Below, one piece after another: positions 36,221 through 50,885 of a DNA stretch of 64,000 bases. How positions within the stretch are numbered: position 1 is the stretch's first letter; each line of letters starts with the position of its first letter. The stretch covers positions 179,738,001 to 179,802,000 of the forward strand of contig OZ024742.1 of the NCBI GenBank assembly GCA_964016885.1, read 5' to 3'. Below the pieces are notes generated by a model, which saw nothing but the letters and a program-made list of their open reading frames with translations, was not told the origin of the DNA and did not search any database. The translations under genes and the position numbers were made by a program. The stretch is from Eledone cirrhosa (lineage: Eukaryota).

Positions 36221-36315
36221 ATATTATATATAATCAGGTCATTAGCATTGACATGTCCAGTTTCTAAACTGAACTTTCTATTTAAAATCAAACATTTCAT
36301 ACTTAATGACCTGAT

Positions 36316-36357
<42 letters not shown>

Positions 36358-37479
36358 TATATAAACATATATATATGCATATATGAATATATAGTGCTTA
36401 TATCTTCATTTACTAATTCATGCACAACTTTTATAGAAATGTTTCTTTTTATATAATCTTGCCTTGTTTTTAAAAGTATATTTTGTTGTGGTTGTTGCTG
36501 TTGTTTTTATTGTTGTTGTTGCTCTGTGGTGTTATTGTTGTTGTAGTACTCTGTTCTCAATGTTTTCATCCCTCCCATCTACGTTCTTGAAATAGTCTCA
36601 TGGTTTATTGATTTCTATTGTCTAGACATAAGTCTACATTTGTTGCTTGATTAAATGAACAGCAGTACATTATTTTAATACTTATTTTTAGCATACATAA
36701 TTGTACGGTTTACCTGATTGAGGTTTGAACTGGTTACAGTAAATTACCCATTTAGTTGTTCCTTGTTATTCACCATTTCCTTGATCATATTAACCCTTTC
36801 ATTACCATATTTTTAATAAAAGACATTAACTGATTTTAGAAAACAATCCAGAATTTAAGCAGTATTACTAAATACTGCTTACATTTTTTATTATTGTCTA
36901 AAATCAGTTATTAAGCTGGTGTTGGAGCATATCTTAATAAAGGTTCTTACATAAAAGTATGATTGAACGTTTTTAGATAAATATAAAGACTTTTAAATAA
37001 ACATGTTTGTATCATAGTGCCAAGAGCGATTTTAGGCATATTGATATGAAATGTGTTGGTGGTCTTCTAGAATTTTCTGTTTTTTTTTTCTTTTTATTTG
37101 TGACTTTAATTTAAGTAAGAATAGCAGTAGGCATGAATTTATTGCAGAGTCTCTGAGACTAGTTAAGGCATGCAACATAGCTGTTAGGGTGTAGTCTCAT
37201 AATTATATGATCATGAATGAAACAGTGCATTGTGTTCTTGAGTAAAGCACTTCATTTCATGTTGCTTCAATTCACTCAATTGAAAATGAATACCATTAGT
37301 GTGGTTATCCTTGTCAGACTGACGTCCTGTCCAAGGGAAATTCATGTACTCTCAGTTACATAACACCACATGAAACCAGGATAAGCTCAGGTCTTTGTCT
37401 AGTCTGTACCAGCATGGAAAAATGAATGTAAAACCCATTAAATATATATAATTTCTGAGACTAATGCAGTATAAGGAAA

Positions 37480-37780
37480 CGTGGTTGTTGTTAGGAAGGG
37501 CATCCAGCCGTAGAAAACACGCCAGACGTGTAGGGGTCACGACAAAAAAAACACACAGTCCACGCTGTAATGTGGCCGTGTAGGTAACACGGTAAAAACC
37601 TCCCAGTCCACACTGTAAACGTGGTTGGTGTTAGGAAGGGCATCCAGCCATAGAAAAGCCGCCAGACAGTCCTATATGAGCAGGACAAGCAATCTTGCCT
37701 CAAGTGGGAAAACTCCCATCCAAACCCATGCAAGCGTGGAAGATGGACGTTAAACGATGATGATGATGATGATGATGATG
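37480..37780 (+). mobile_element. RTE-A-related 3'UTR fragment
   Basis: Matches 12050-12302; GTTAGGAAGGGCATCCAGCC block present twice. Confidence 0.8.
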
Positions 37781-38504
37781 TGAATTCTGTTAATGGCATC
37801 CAAACTTAGGTAATGAATTATGTCTACCTTCCAATAATAAGTATAGTCTGTCATAAGGGCTTTCATACAATAATTGATGACTTTTCAATGACGTCTAAGA
37901 GATGACAACCACCCTATTACTGGTGATACAATAATATACATGCAGTGCAACCTATAAATTGGTTGGTGATAGGATGTGGGGCATCCAAATGTAGAAAACT
38001 TGTCAAACAAAGGGTCATCAGGACATCAGTTATGTCAATGACATGGGGCTGGTGTTACGATAAAATCTTTTGTTGCAGTCAAGTTTGCATTCCATAGACT
38101 TTGAGGTCGATAAAAATAGTACGAATCAAGTACTAGGGTCAATCTGTCTGCTGAGGTTGGTAAAAAAAAGTACCAGTCAGTAGCTCTGAATGAATACTAA
38201 CGTCGTCTATGACGTTAGCAGAGAAAACGATGTTAAATGTTGATGAACTGCACATCAAGTCACTTGCCAAATATGAAATATATTAATATATTCTTTGAAA
38301 AAACGACAAAAAGCCACAATGAAACACATTTCATACCAAAGTTAATGTTCGATATAAATTATCACTAGAATCAGTTATAAATATCCATAAGATATTGACC
38401 AATTAACTGAGCTACATGAAAATGGAACACCTAAATCTATTATTGATTGTTAATAACTACTAGAGAAAAAAAATACCTAGATGATCTCAAGAAATTCAGA
38501 GTTA

Positions 38505-38900
38505 ATTCCTTCTCCTTCTTCTGGATAACATCTTTGACTACTTGATTGAACCAAGAGGTCCTCCGGCCAACCAATGCCACATCTAGCCACATTCACCCAC
38601 AGCATTTAACAGCTGAAACAAAAACTTCCAATTTAAGAAATCTCCATTTCATTTCAACATCCTCAGTTTGCTGAAGGAGTTCTCTGAATTTAGATGCATT
38701 AGTACCTGCATGCCTGGTCATGACATCCTTATCTCCCAAAGCTTCCCACTTTATCCTGTAGGTTGATCTTGACCTGTTAGTTTTGTAGGCTTCCTTAGCT
38801 TTAGGTAATCTCAAGATGCAGATAACTAAATGGTGATCAGTTGACAGCCCAGCCTCTCTTTTAACATGAACATTCAGCAGAGAATCAAAGAGATCAGACA
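38505..38900 (-). pseudogene. Old LINE APE-endonuclease fragment
   Basis: VHVKREAGLSTDHHLVICIL..IKWEAL. Confidence 0.7.
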
Positions 38901-39689
38901 ACAGTTTTTACAGCATGAGATAGAGACTGCAATATATTTTTCAAACAAGCTCTTCTCCCTAAGGTCTGTAAACCTGTATGAAGACTGATATGGTAATTTT
39001 TATGTTTATTGCATCATACCCCAAATTTATTCAATCTGATACAATGTTTTTTCGTTTTTTTTTGTGACATTGAGATATCTATTTTCCCCTCTCAATTGCT
39101 AGCCTTGTGTAAAAATTAGAAACCGTTGTATATTGAGGTTAAAACATTAGTTTTGAAATATTTATTTATTTATCACTTGTTATCACGCTGTTCATTTCAT
39201 GTTGTTATAATTCTAGTATCGTGATATTTTTACTGTTCCAATCAATCGATTCATATGTATTATTCTGTTTAATTTCTGAGCATGCCTGTAGCTTAGCAAA
39301 GGAAATATTTTTATTAATGTAATCACCATTAAGAAACACCTGTTCTTTTGGTTATTTGTTATATCACAGGTGAGAACATTTCTTTTATTCTACATTTGAT
39401 ACATATAATTAAAGTAATTAAAAGCAAATATTGTTTGAATTTTTTTTCAACTTAACTCAAAATACATCAAAACATTACCAATCTGAACTGCCTCTAAAAT
39501 GTTAGCCAACCCTTGTCCTAGAAAGCATTGTTCTAGATTCACTACAGACCATTGGCTAAAACAAACCAAAAGGATATAACGATAAATGTGTAAACAAGGG
39601 AATTAACTAGCTAACAATGCAGGCTTTCACCATTGCTGTTTGTCGCATTCAAAATATCATGATAAACTATACAATATAACATGCCACAT

Positions 39690-40023
39690 ATCATCATCAT
39701 TTTACGTCCGCTTTTCTCTGCTTGCTAGGGTGGGACGGGAACTGATTCTGGCTTGATTTCTACAGCTGGATGCCCTTCCTAACACCAACCTCATTTACAG
39801 TGAGTGGTGGGTGCTTTTTTGCCGTGGCACCTCCACAAGCACTTTGCAGTGGAATGATAGGGACCCCAGTCCCTATCATCTCATTTCTATAGCTGAGTAA
39901 ACTGGAGCAATGTGAAATAAAGTGTCTTGCTCAAGGAAACAACACATCACCCGGTTTGAGAATTGAACTCACAACCTTTCGATTGCAAGGCCAATGCTCT
40001 AACCACTAAGCCATGTGCCTCCT
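39690..40023 (-). mobile_element. SINE family B, chimeric tail
   Basis: Near-identical to 15445-15788 and 57248-57594. Confidence 0.85.
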
Positions 40024-40511
40024 TGTATTTGTATATATTTTTAATTTCTGTCTGTAAATCTGTGATATCACTGCATATCTAATTATCCATGAACTATTAT
40101 CATCACACACACATATCACAAACACACACACATATATATGCATATATATACAGTCTTCTTTGTATGTATATGCATATACATACAAAGAAGACTGTATAAT
40201 TTGATGAAATAAAATTGACCCTATATTTTTAAGACAGATTATATAAAGATAAAGCAAGAGAAAGAGTGAGGGGAGAAATAGGGGGATGAAATAACTAAAG
40301 ACAATGACTTCACAAAATGGTTTTACTCATCATTTTGAATGGATGCATCATTGTAATTGATAAAATTGGTGCCATGTTTGACAACAGGGATTAATGATAA
40401 TAAACAACAAACAAAGAATATAAATAATTAGTTATTATTGTTTATAATTGTCCTATTTTATATATTCTTTGTTGATCTATGTTAGTGGTGGTGGTGGTTG
40501 TCATCATCATC

Positions 40512-40575
<64 letters not shown>

Positions 40576-40589
40576 CAGTAGTAGTAGTA
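40512..40589. repeat. (AGT)n microsatellite
   Basis: Directly visible. Confidence 0.95.
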
Positions 40590-41852
40590 ATTGTTTAATC
40601 TTTACTAAAAGTCTCCTAATGCCAGCCAATTTGTTTATTGTATGGTTTCTTTCAGACAATTAAGATTGATGTTTGAAATTTAACATTATATTATTTATTA
40701 TCAAGATGATTGTCATCTACTTGAGAGCATTCCTTGGTAACTGATTTCAGCTGTGCTAAGAATCTTCTTGAAAAAGATTTGTCACTTAGTAAGAAGCTTG
40801 TTACATTACTTCTATAAATAAAGACGTTTTTGTAAATGGCTTATTGCTGTGATGATTGATAGAATAGGGTGGCTCTTGTTTTGTTTTGTTTTATATTACT
40901 TGCTGGAAAGTAAAGTTTTGCCTGTTAATAGTTTTATCAGAGATATATATGTGAAGCAACATGGTTTAGTTATTAGAGTGTTCGGCTCGCAATCTTAATA
41001 GTAAGAGTTTGATTCCAGGAGGTGTGTTGCATCAAGACACTTTATTTCATGTTTCTCCAGTTCACTCATCTAGAAAAAAATGGGTTGTACCTGTAATTTA
41101 AAGGGTTAATCTGGTCCCACACTGAATCCCGTTGAATCATCTTGAGAACTACATTAACAGTACACATATCTATAGAATACTCATAAAGTTGCACATAGTT
41201 TTCATGAGCATATTGCACCATTAATTAAACAACTCGAAGATTCACCATTGAAACTGACAGAATTCCAACAATAATCATATCTTTGTCCTCATCACGATTG
41301 TCAATATGATCTGCATAATAACTATAATAGTTTGTAATTGAAGCACAAGGCCAGCAATATTGATGTAGGGGAAAGTCGATTAAATCGACTCAATTGGTAC
41401 TTTATTTTAGCAACTTCTGAAGGATGAAAAGCAAAGTTGACTTCAATGGGATTTCAAAGTAAAGAGCCAGAACAAATGTCATAAAGGATTTTGACCAATG
41501 ATCTTCCTGACCCAACTGATAGATTAGATTGGTAGTCACCTGCTAATTGTAGGTAAAGAGATTGATATGCAGCAATTTTTATTTGCAAACACAAATAATC
41601 AACAACTTACACACATTTCTGTGTTATAGCTAATCAACAGATTTGACAAGACACATATACAAATCCATCTATTACACATTCTCCTCAGCTTATCAATTTC
41701 ATAAGGCAGTTAAATGCTGATTTCACCTTCTCTTTCACTTTCCTTTTATATTCACTTAAAATACCTTTTTAAGAAAGCTTTCACAATAAATAGTAATTTT
41801 AGACAATATCATTTAACTTCTACTATTTTGAAATAACATTAACAAATATACA

Positions 41853-42660
41853 TATCATCATCATCATCATCACCATTTTATGTCCGCTCTTCCATGCTAG
41901 CATGGGTTAGACGGGTTGTCCTGTTGCGGGCAGTGTCCGGTCGGCTGACCTTGTCTTGCTCATACGGGAACTGATTCTGGCTTGATTTCTACAGCTGGAT
42001 GCACTTCCTAACACCAACCTCATTTACAGTGAGTGCTGAGTGCTTTTTTTCCATGGCGCCTACACGTTCACTTTACAGTGTGGGCTAGGTGCTTTTTTGC
42101 CGTGGCACCTCCACGACCACTTTGCAGTGGGAGGGGATGGGGGAATATTGTCTATATGCTTCAGCTTCAGCTTGTACCCGTGGGAAGTTGTGTCTTCTGT
42201 ATTACTGCATGATACCAGAGATCATGGCCGTGTGTCATCGCCTTTGAGAGGTGCAGTTGGGTAAGGTCGGCTTTTATCACCTCATCCCAGGTCTTCTATG
42301 GGTCTCCCCACTCCGCGGCTTCCATCAACTTCTAGTGCTCTGCACCTTTTTATGCAGCTGTCATCCTTCATACGCATCACATTGCCATACTAGTGCAACC
42401 TCCTCTCCTGCACACAGCATTTGATTCCTCTTATGCTCAGTCTCTCTCAATTTGTTTATGCTTTGCTGTTCGCGTATAATACTGTTACACATCCATCGGA
42501 ATACGCAAGCTTCGTTTCTGTCTAATCTATGCAAGTCTTCTACAGACAGTACCCAGGTCTCACTACCATGTAACATTGCTGCTCGTATACACACATCATA
42601 CAGTCTGCCTTTCATTTTAAGGGAAAAGCCTTTTGCAGCTAGCTTAGTAGCTCCCTGAAC
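41853..42660 (-). mobile_element. RTE LINE family B 3' fragment (older)
   Basis: [21 protein letters not shown]; same 3'UTR as 32038. Confidence 0.9.
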
Positions 42661-43134
42661 TATATGAAAATGTATGAAAATAAATAAATATTGAAATAAC
42701 CCTTAAACAATTATGAGATATAATGTTACAAAAACAGTGAAATATTTTTTATGAAACATTAATTCACAGAAGCAGATAAGGAATGATGACTCAATTGGCT
42801 AGAAATGGCAGTCAAATATCCCAGAACAAATATTAATTAGCAGGTCATTTGTCCCACTCCCTCCTTTATTCTTAAACATTCATAAGAAAGATGGAAACTA
42901 AGAAATTAATCACTTAATTTCCTTAAATCCTGAAGTCTATCTCACATTAGTAGTGAATATTATCCTAAGGTAATAATTCCAACCAACAATGTTACAACAG
43001 CATTATACACATGTTAACTTTGCCTTTACCCTTACGGGGTCGATAAAATAAAGTACCAGTAATACACTGGGATAATTGCTGGCTTTGTGTCAAACGTAGA
43101 AACAATTATACACATGTTTTGTTGTTACATTTTT

Positions 43135-43470
43135 ATTAGCAAAGATTTTTGCAAACTTATTAATGAAATTCTTGGCTGCCTTATAATCAACAGGAGCTTT
43201 ATCACCACAAACCTTTAGATATTTAATGCCATGTCATTTTCTTAAATGTTTGTAGTAAGCTCTGACAAATCCCCTCCATAAACACATGTTCAAAATCTTC
43301 ATATTTTATTCTAGGCAATGTTTTTCTATTTTGCATTGACATTTGTTCACTCTTTTCAGTAGTGATCTTCTGCTGTTTGTCTTTCTGTTTCTTAAGTTGA
43401 TATATAGAAGCTGTTTCAATGTCAGACTCTTTAGTCAGATGCATCAATTGCTGAACTTTTAAACCTGATC
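43135..43470 (-). pseudogene. Tigger/pogo (CENP-B/Jerky-like) transposase N-terminal relic
   Basis: LTKESDIETASIYQLKKQKDK..RKTLPRIKYEDFEHVF.. then VCGDKAPVDYKAAKNFINKF. Confidence 0.6.
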
Positions 43471-44214
43471 ACAACAGCATCCTCTGGTGTATACAAGATA
43501 CCTTTGGGAGTGATGAACAACTTCGTGTAAACTGATGTTACAAGAGCAATTATATAGCACAAATGTGGCAAGGCCAATAGAGAGGAGGAAATTCAGCCCA
43601 AGATGTTAAAAGCCTTAAATAGAGAAGGTATTCTGTAGCTAACTCATATGTGTTGGGCAGCTTGGATCTCTGGAAAGGCACCTAAACGATGGCAATGAAG
43701 AAGAAGAAGAAGAATTACTAAGTGTAAACTATATATTAAGACATGTCAAGGTTTGACACACAAAACAAATGAAAACATATAAGAGCAACTCACCCACATT
43801 GGAGTAGAAACTGCCACCTCATTAGAATCAGGGCATCCCACAATTCAGTCCCCTTCAATTCCAGGTAACAGTAAACTAGGTTTTCCAAAACTACCTCTGA
43901 ACAGATCTGGTTTAAGCCAAGTCATATAGGCTCTAATATTCTCTGTGAGTGTAATTTCTGTAGATTTTATACATAGAGAGAATATATGGCACGTCAACTC
44001 AACCTGTATCATTTCCTTGATTCTGTTCTTAAAAGCTTTCACATGCCCTGCTCTATCAATTGATCACACATCCTGCTTGTTGATGAATCACGCACCTTGC
44101 ATTTTGCCCAACAATCTAAAGATTCAATCAAACCATCTCTAACAACAACAATACTACATTTCTCACCTTCCTACAATGACGGTGAGAGGGATGCTGATCA
44201 TCAAATTACAGTTG

Positions 44215-44215
44215 G

Positions 44216-44248
<33 letters not shown>

Positions 44249-44310
44249 GGCGGAGGATGATGATTATGTTGCTGATCATGATGATGATGGTGATGATAAT
44301 GATAATTACA
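44215..44310. repeat. (GAT)n microsatellite
   Basis: Directly visible. Confidence 0.9.
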
Positions 44311-44766
44311 AATAAAATAGGAATTGATATTTGAGTGATTGTGTTATGTGTATCTGTTTTATGAGTGTGTTTGTGTGTGAGTGTGTATGTGTCTGTGTTC
44401 TTTTTAACTTTACATCACTTCTTTATTTTCTTTCACTTTCAAACTAATCCTCTCCTCTTTGTTTCTCATCTGCATTGATTACACTATTAGCTCCATCACT
44501 TTAGATGTACTATTTCACTTATTGATTTATATCATTATAGATGTGATTAAGGGATTGCACTTCTTGTTGATTCATGCAAACTTCAGCAATCTCAGTACAG
44601 AATAAGAGTTTCATACTGGACCAGGGTGAGTTCAGAAGCCTTAATTAGAAATGGTAATGAACAGCCAGATAAAAAGTGATTGCCTCATATTTTTTACACA
44701 GCATGCATACAAAATATAATGCATGCACACACATACATCATACATACAATTATATATATATATGTA

Positions 44767-44815
<49 letters not shown>

Positions 44816-44983
44816 TAATAAAAATAATGAATAAAAACAAAGAGACAGTTCCTTATATTAAAAAATTCATCATTTTTACGATCGTTTCTAGGATATATAT
44901 GTGTGTGTTGGTATGTATATCATATAGATTGGACACTACCGTACATTTTGTTAGATTTATCTACACATATATATATATATATA

Positions 44984-45901
44984 TCATCATCACCGTTTTA
45001 CGTCCGTTCCTCCACGCTAGCATGGGTTAGACGGGTTGTCCTGTTGTGGGCAGTGTCTGGACGGCTGATCATGCCTTGCTCATACAGGAACTGATTTGGC
45101 TTGATTTCTACAGCTGGATGCCCTTCCTAACACCAACCTCATTTACAGTGAGTGCTGGGTGCTTTTTCGTGGCGCCTACACGTCCACTTTACAGTGTGGG
45201 CTGGGTGCTTTTTTGCCGTGGCACCTCCACGAGCACTTTGCGGTGGGGGTGTGGGGGCATATTGTCTATATGCTTCAGCTTGTACCCATGGGAGGTCGAG
45301 TACTCTGTATTACTGCGTGACGCCAGAGGTCACGGTCGTGTGTCATTGCCTTTGAGAGGTGTAATTGGGTAAGGTCGGCTTTTATCACCTCATCCCAGGT
45401 CATCTTGGGTCTCCCCACTCCGCGGTCTCCATCGACTTCTAGTGCTCTGCACCTTTTTATGCAGCTGTCATCCTTCATACGCATCACATGTCCATACCAG
45501 CGCAATCGCCTCTCCTGCACACAGCATTTGATTCCTCTTATGCTCAGTCTCTCTCTCAATTCATTTCTGCTTTGTCGTTCACGTATATTACTGTTACACA
45601 TCCATCGGACCATACAGGCTTCGTTTCTTTCTAATCTACGTAAGTCTTCCACCTTCAGCGCCCAGGTCTCACTACCATGCAACATCGCTGTTCGGATACA
45701 CGCATCATACAGTCTGTCTTTCATTCTGAGGGAGAAGCCTTTTGCAGCTAGCAGTGGTAGTAGTTCCTTAAACTTCTTCCAACCCGTTCTTACCCTAGTT
45801 ATTGTACTTTCTGAACACCCACCTCCGCTGCTAATTCGGTCACCTAGGTAGCAGAAGCTGTCTACTGTTTCTACAGAGCCCTCCCAGAGATTGGTGGTAC
45901 T
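44984..45901 (-). mobile_element. RTE LINE family B 3' fragment
   Basis: ORF 45275-45900 nearly identical to end of 32340-33755. Confidence 0.9.
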
Positions 45902-45962
45902 ATGTGTGTACAGACACACACATATATATATATTTACACATATATATATATATATATATATG

Positions 45963-46036
<74 letters not shown>

Positions 46037-46074
46037 AATATATATATATGTGTGTGTGTGTGTATATATATATG

Positions 46075-46336
46075 TTTATCCTGGGTTCAATAGGGGGTGA
46101 CCACAGTAAGTAAGGTACTCAATACATAGCAGAGTATAAATATTTGATATAAAAATGACTTCTACAAGGCTAGAACTGTTTCATTCGGCAGAAATCATCA
46201 GGAAGCCAACTGTACAAGTAATATGGTGGTATTTATAAATACCACCATATTACTTGGACAGTTGATTTCCTGATGATTTCTCCCAAATGAAACAGTTTTA
46301 GTCCTGTAGAAGAGAAGCCATTTCTATATTAAATAT
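46075..46336. mobile_element. Palindromic hammerhead element, family HH-d
   Basis: ~95-bp arms around 46235/46236 with no loop; second truncated fold-back relative at 46345-46532; TA-flanked. Confidence 0.75.
46157..46207 (-). ncRNA. Type I hammerhead ribozyme (GUA site); mirror copy on plus at ~46264-46312
   Basis: GGCTTC-CTGATGA-TTTC-TGCC-GAAT-GAAA-CAG-TTCTAGCC-TTG-TA-GAAGTC. Confidence 0.75.
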
Positions 46337-46559
46337 ATATATATAATATGTAGATTCTCAAGCTGTGGCAGTCACTCACAGTTAAAATAAGTACTCAATA
46401 TGAATTGGTAGTGTATAGGAATCTTTTTATATATATAAAAATTATATATATATATAGAAAGGACTTCCACAAGACTAGAACTGTTTCATTCATATGAAAT
46501 CATTTCATACAGTCCTAGTCCTGTAGAAGACATATATAAATATATATATATATATATAC

Positions 46560-46849
46560 TGCATTTTTCTATTTGTTTTGCAAGATTTCTTAACTGAAAA
46601 TGTGTGTTGAAACAGATGCTGCTATACTTTGGGAGGGTTATGCTGCCTATAAAAACACATGCACCTGTTGATTTAACTTCAATTTATTATAATCTCCCTG
46701 TCAGTTGGTTTAACAATTGAATGGTTGTTTAGTTGTTGATTGTCAAAACTTTTTCATCACACATTCTGCAATCTCCTCAGTGACTACTCTTGTTATTTTG
46801 TGTCTCTCCTTTGTTCTGTCCTACACCATCATATTGGTGTAGGACAGAA
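46560..46849 (-). mobile_element. Family HH-a copy, degraded, with small terminal hairpin
   Basis: Homolog of 99-420; decayed HHR GTCA-CTGAGGA..GAAA..TGAC at 46742-46784; TTCTGTCCTACACCA/TGGTGTAGGACAGAA hairpin. Confidence 0.65.
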
Positions 46850-47761
46850 TATTGTTTTCATCAGGTGAGAGAGTAAGGAAGAGAGAGAGATGTGTGAGGG
46901 AGAGAGGGGATGAGGAAGAGAGAGAGATGTGTGAGGGAGAGAGGAGATAGGGAAGAGAAAGAGAGAGACTGGGGGTGAGAGGGAGGGAGGGAGGTGGAGG
47001 TGAAAATTTAGTCAAATCAACCCAGTGCCTGTCTGTATTGATAGTGGAAATATGAAAGTAAAAGATAGCTTTTGTGCAATTTGAATTCAGAACATGTAAC
47101 TCGCAATTTGGTCTAACATCTTCCACAGCTATATGGTGATGAGATAATAGCAGGAAAAGTAACTCTTCTTAAAAGATGTCAATATCCTGGAATTATTTAA
47201 TTCATTGACAAAATGGCATTCATAAAACATAGTTAGGATTTAATACAAGTCAGTTTTTAATGAAACCAGGATCAATAGAAAATAGTATCAAATATAAGAA
47301 GAGGTTAAGTCAAGTCAAATACAATCAAGTAACTTGAGAGAAAATTTAATGAATATTGGAATAACTTACATTTGAAATCACTTTCTAATATGTATTATGA
47401 AAATGTTGACATTTACACATTTTCATTGTCAGCCATTATGAAAATTGAAATATATTTTAACATCAATTTTATCATTCTGGTTAGTGTTGACTATAGATGC
47501 AGTTTTATATCTTTGTCTTGATTTCCTATGTGAAACTCAACATCCTAAAATCTGATCTCACCATTTCTCTTTATATATTCCTTAGTATTCCTCAGATATC
47601 AATATGTTTTGCTGACACTGAGTGTCCATTTACATACAGTATCAATATAATCATAGTTGTTTCCTGTCATGTCTTCAAACCTCTTGATATGAAACCACTT
47701 GAAACTGACCCTGGTTCTATGATACTGAGTTAATTTTAAAATGTATATATATATCTAAAAA

Positions 47762-49330
47762 CCTTCTTCTTCACCCATTTATTCCTGGGAGGGTCATGGG
47801 GGCAGAGTCCTCAAGCATGATTTTCAGCAGGCTCTGTCTGAAGCAACTCTCTCCAATTAATCTAGATTTATCCCACAATGAGACTAGCTGAACTCATGGA
47901 TCTTATCCAACCAACTTGCATGGGGTCTACCTCTGGGTCTTTTGCTGGTTGATTTTGCCTGTAAAATCTCTCTAGCTATTCTTTTCTGAGATATTCTAAC
48001 CACCTGCCTGTAATATCAGAGTTTTGATCTCTCAATTTGGAGAAGTAGCAGCACCACCAGAAGTGATTTTGTGATCTTGGAGTTATGTACTCTATGAAGT
48101 AACATTACTCCAAAGACCCTTAGAGGAATGGCATTTCAAAAACTTGAATTCATGATCGTATTCTTTTGGTTATTACCCAAAATTTATGACCATATGTAAA
48201 GGTTGGTACAAATATGGAACTAAAGATAGCAAGTTTAGCTTTTACACATACCTCCCACATTGAATGGTTTTGATCTATCACTATTTATCCAAACACAAAT
48301 ACTAGAATATTCAAATAAAGATATCAGGTCAAAAAGAAGTTGTCCATCGATCCAAAACTCATGCAGAACCTTCTTCCAGAACAGGTCCTGTGGAATGCAA
48401 TTATATATATTTTTGAGGTGTATGAAACAAGCATACACTTCTTAGCAAGAATCTCATGCTTTTTTAATGTCCTGCTTCCATGTGAATATGTGGTTGGCTG
48501 TGTTGCATCCGGGATGAAAACCTCACAGTTCATCAACTAGCTTGGCTTGACAATATGCCAGATAGCATAAACATTCCAATGGAGGCTTACTAATGAGATC
48601 CCTCTATATTTGGAGCAATCTCTCATCACCTTTTCTGAAAATTGGGATTATCACTCCTGATTGCCATTGTGTAGGTGCTTTTCCAGCAATCCAAGCCACC
48701 CGGGTCACATGAATTAGTAGAGAACACTGTTTTGTTTTAAGGCTTTTAACATCTCAGCCCAAATTTCATCCTCCCCAGTGGCCAAATTTGAACTCTTTAA
48801 TTGCTTTGGTGATCTCAAACTTTGTGAGGTTGTCATTGCTCTCAGATACACCTCATGTACATCAGAACCAACTGTCTTGACCAGGTGTAAAAGATCAACA
48901 AAGTATTCTCTCCACTTCACAAGGATGAACCTCTTCAAAGAGAGGAGAACTCCAGATGTGTTCCTGATAGCAGGTATGGAGGAGAACTTCTTATTACGAA
49001 GTCAGGGGATTGTCTGCCAGAAAACTATATTTGCTGATCTGGTCAGATTCCTGTTTAGTCCGCCCATGTCTTAACTTTCTATGCTTTTATTTTCTTTGAT
49101 GTGACTTTTTGCTCCTACTTATACCACAAGAGCAAAAAAGACAACTTATTTCCAAGCAAAGCTTTGTAAGCCCCCTTCTTTGCTGGGATGGCATCTTTGA
49201 CTACTTGATGGAATCAAGGAGTCCTCCTACTACCTAGAGCTATACCAGGCCACTTTCGCTCGCTGAATTTAACACCTGAAACACATAATACTGCCATGTT
49301 GAACCATTGCCACTCTGTTTCAACCTTCCA
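47762..49330 (-). pseudogene. Old RTE-like LINE with (AAG)n tail (related fragments 38505-38900, 43540-43710)
   Basis: WREYFVDLL..ATGEDEIWAEMLKAL..MYACFIHLKNIY..GRPHA; tail CTTCTTCTT. Confidence 0.7.
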
Positions 49331-49911
49331 TCATAATTTTATGTAAGAACATTTATGAAATTATACCACAAACACCATTTAATAAATTCTTGATTATTAA
49401 AAAAATTATAGGCTGTGTCTTTCATTAGAAATATGGTAGAAAAAGGAGTAATGATCTGGTTCTTCAACTGCTGTATACTCAAACTTTCATGGAAGATAAG
49501 GGGAAACATCTTTCAGATCCTACCCAGCTCATTTGTCTTAAATCTCCAGAGACCTTCCACATTCAAAGTTCATCATGCAGCATTGCACACGTGAGATATA
49601 AAATTAGATTTTTGAAAGGCAAGAGAGATTCATTTAATTAATAACAGTAGGAGCATTTACTTCTTCCTTGTTTTATTTTTTACTGTAACTATTATTTTAC
49701 AACAATCATCTTTGACACTAATTAATCAAAAACTGTATAAATGATATTTTTTCATTACTCATATCCATTGAAGTGACAGAAACCCATTTTCTTTAATAAA
49801 AAAGAAAGCAAAAAAAAAACATGAGAATATTTATGACTTATGCTTGCTGACCACTCATGTTTCCATTCATAGTTACATAAAAGTTTCTCGAGTTTTCATA
49901 TATTTTCATAT

Positions 49912-50662
49912 ATGTAGCGGGATAGCAGCCAAACTAACAGGTAGAGAGAAATATGTATGCAATAGATGTACAGGGAAATTAGACAGTAGAAATCGCATTG
50001 ATAGACACATTTTTCAAATGCGGGCGGGTGCTATAGAAGTGGTGGATAGCTTCCGGTACCTAGGAGATCAGATTAGCATGGGAGGGAGGTGTTCTGAGGC
50101 CATAGTATCTAGAATAAGGACAGGTTGGAAGAAGTTTAGGGAGCTGCTTCCTCTGCTGACGAAGAAGCGTTTCTCCCTGCGTACGAAAGACCAGTTATAT
50201 GATGCCTGTGTGAGGAGCGCGATGCTGCATGGTAGTGAGACGTGGGCAGCAACTGCAGAGGATATGCGACGGCTGGAGAGAAATGAGGCAAGCATGCTCC
50301 GTTGGATGTGCAGTGTCAATGTGCGTGAACAACCCAGCATGAATGTCTTGAGAGAGAAACTGTGTCTGAGAGGGATAGAATGTAGCGTACGGGAGAGGAG
50401 ACTGAGGTGGTATGGACATGTGATGCGCATGGAGGATGACCGATGGGTGAAGGAGTGCCAGGAAATGCCAGTTGAAGGAAGACATAGTAGAGGAAGACCA
50501 CGAAAAACATGGGCGGAGGTGGTGAGAGCAGACCTCAGATCGCTGAAGCTCACAGTGGAGATGAAGAACCATGACAAGTGGAGAGATGCTGTGCTGAATA
50601 AGACCCGTCCCACCCTTGCAAGCAGGGAAGAGCGGACGTAAAATGATGATGATGATGATGAT
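49912..50662 (+). mobile_element. RTE LINE family C 3' fragment
   Basis: Open frame CSGIAAKL..VVDSFRYLGD..RLRWYGH..GRPRKTW..; ORF runs almost to the (GAT)n tail. Confidence 0.9.
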
Positions 50663-50697
50663 TTCCCTCATATTATGTATTTTTCTCATTTATAAAT

Positions 50698-50885
50698 ATT
50701 TGGCAGTATTGGTAGAGGGTCTGACACCATGCTTTGCAGCAAAGAGTTACAGCCCTTTATGATCTGAGTTCAAATCCCGCCAAGGTTAACTTTGCCTTTC
50801 ATCCTTACAGGGTCGATAAAATAAAGCACCAGTAATACAATGGAATAATTGTTGGCCTTGTGCCAAAAGTAGAAACAATTATTTG
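50698..50885 (+). mobile_element. SINE-A (truncated copy also at 43015-43110)
   Basis: Match to family A. Confidence 0.85.

Noticed and set aside
36790-37060. piggyBac-like MITE starting TTAACCCTTTC
   Set aside because: Right end too degenerate and no second TTAA; cannot support.
44097-44315. Acidic poly-Asp ORF (and poly-Ser ORF at 40448)
   Set aside because: Trinucleotide microsatellite translations.
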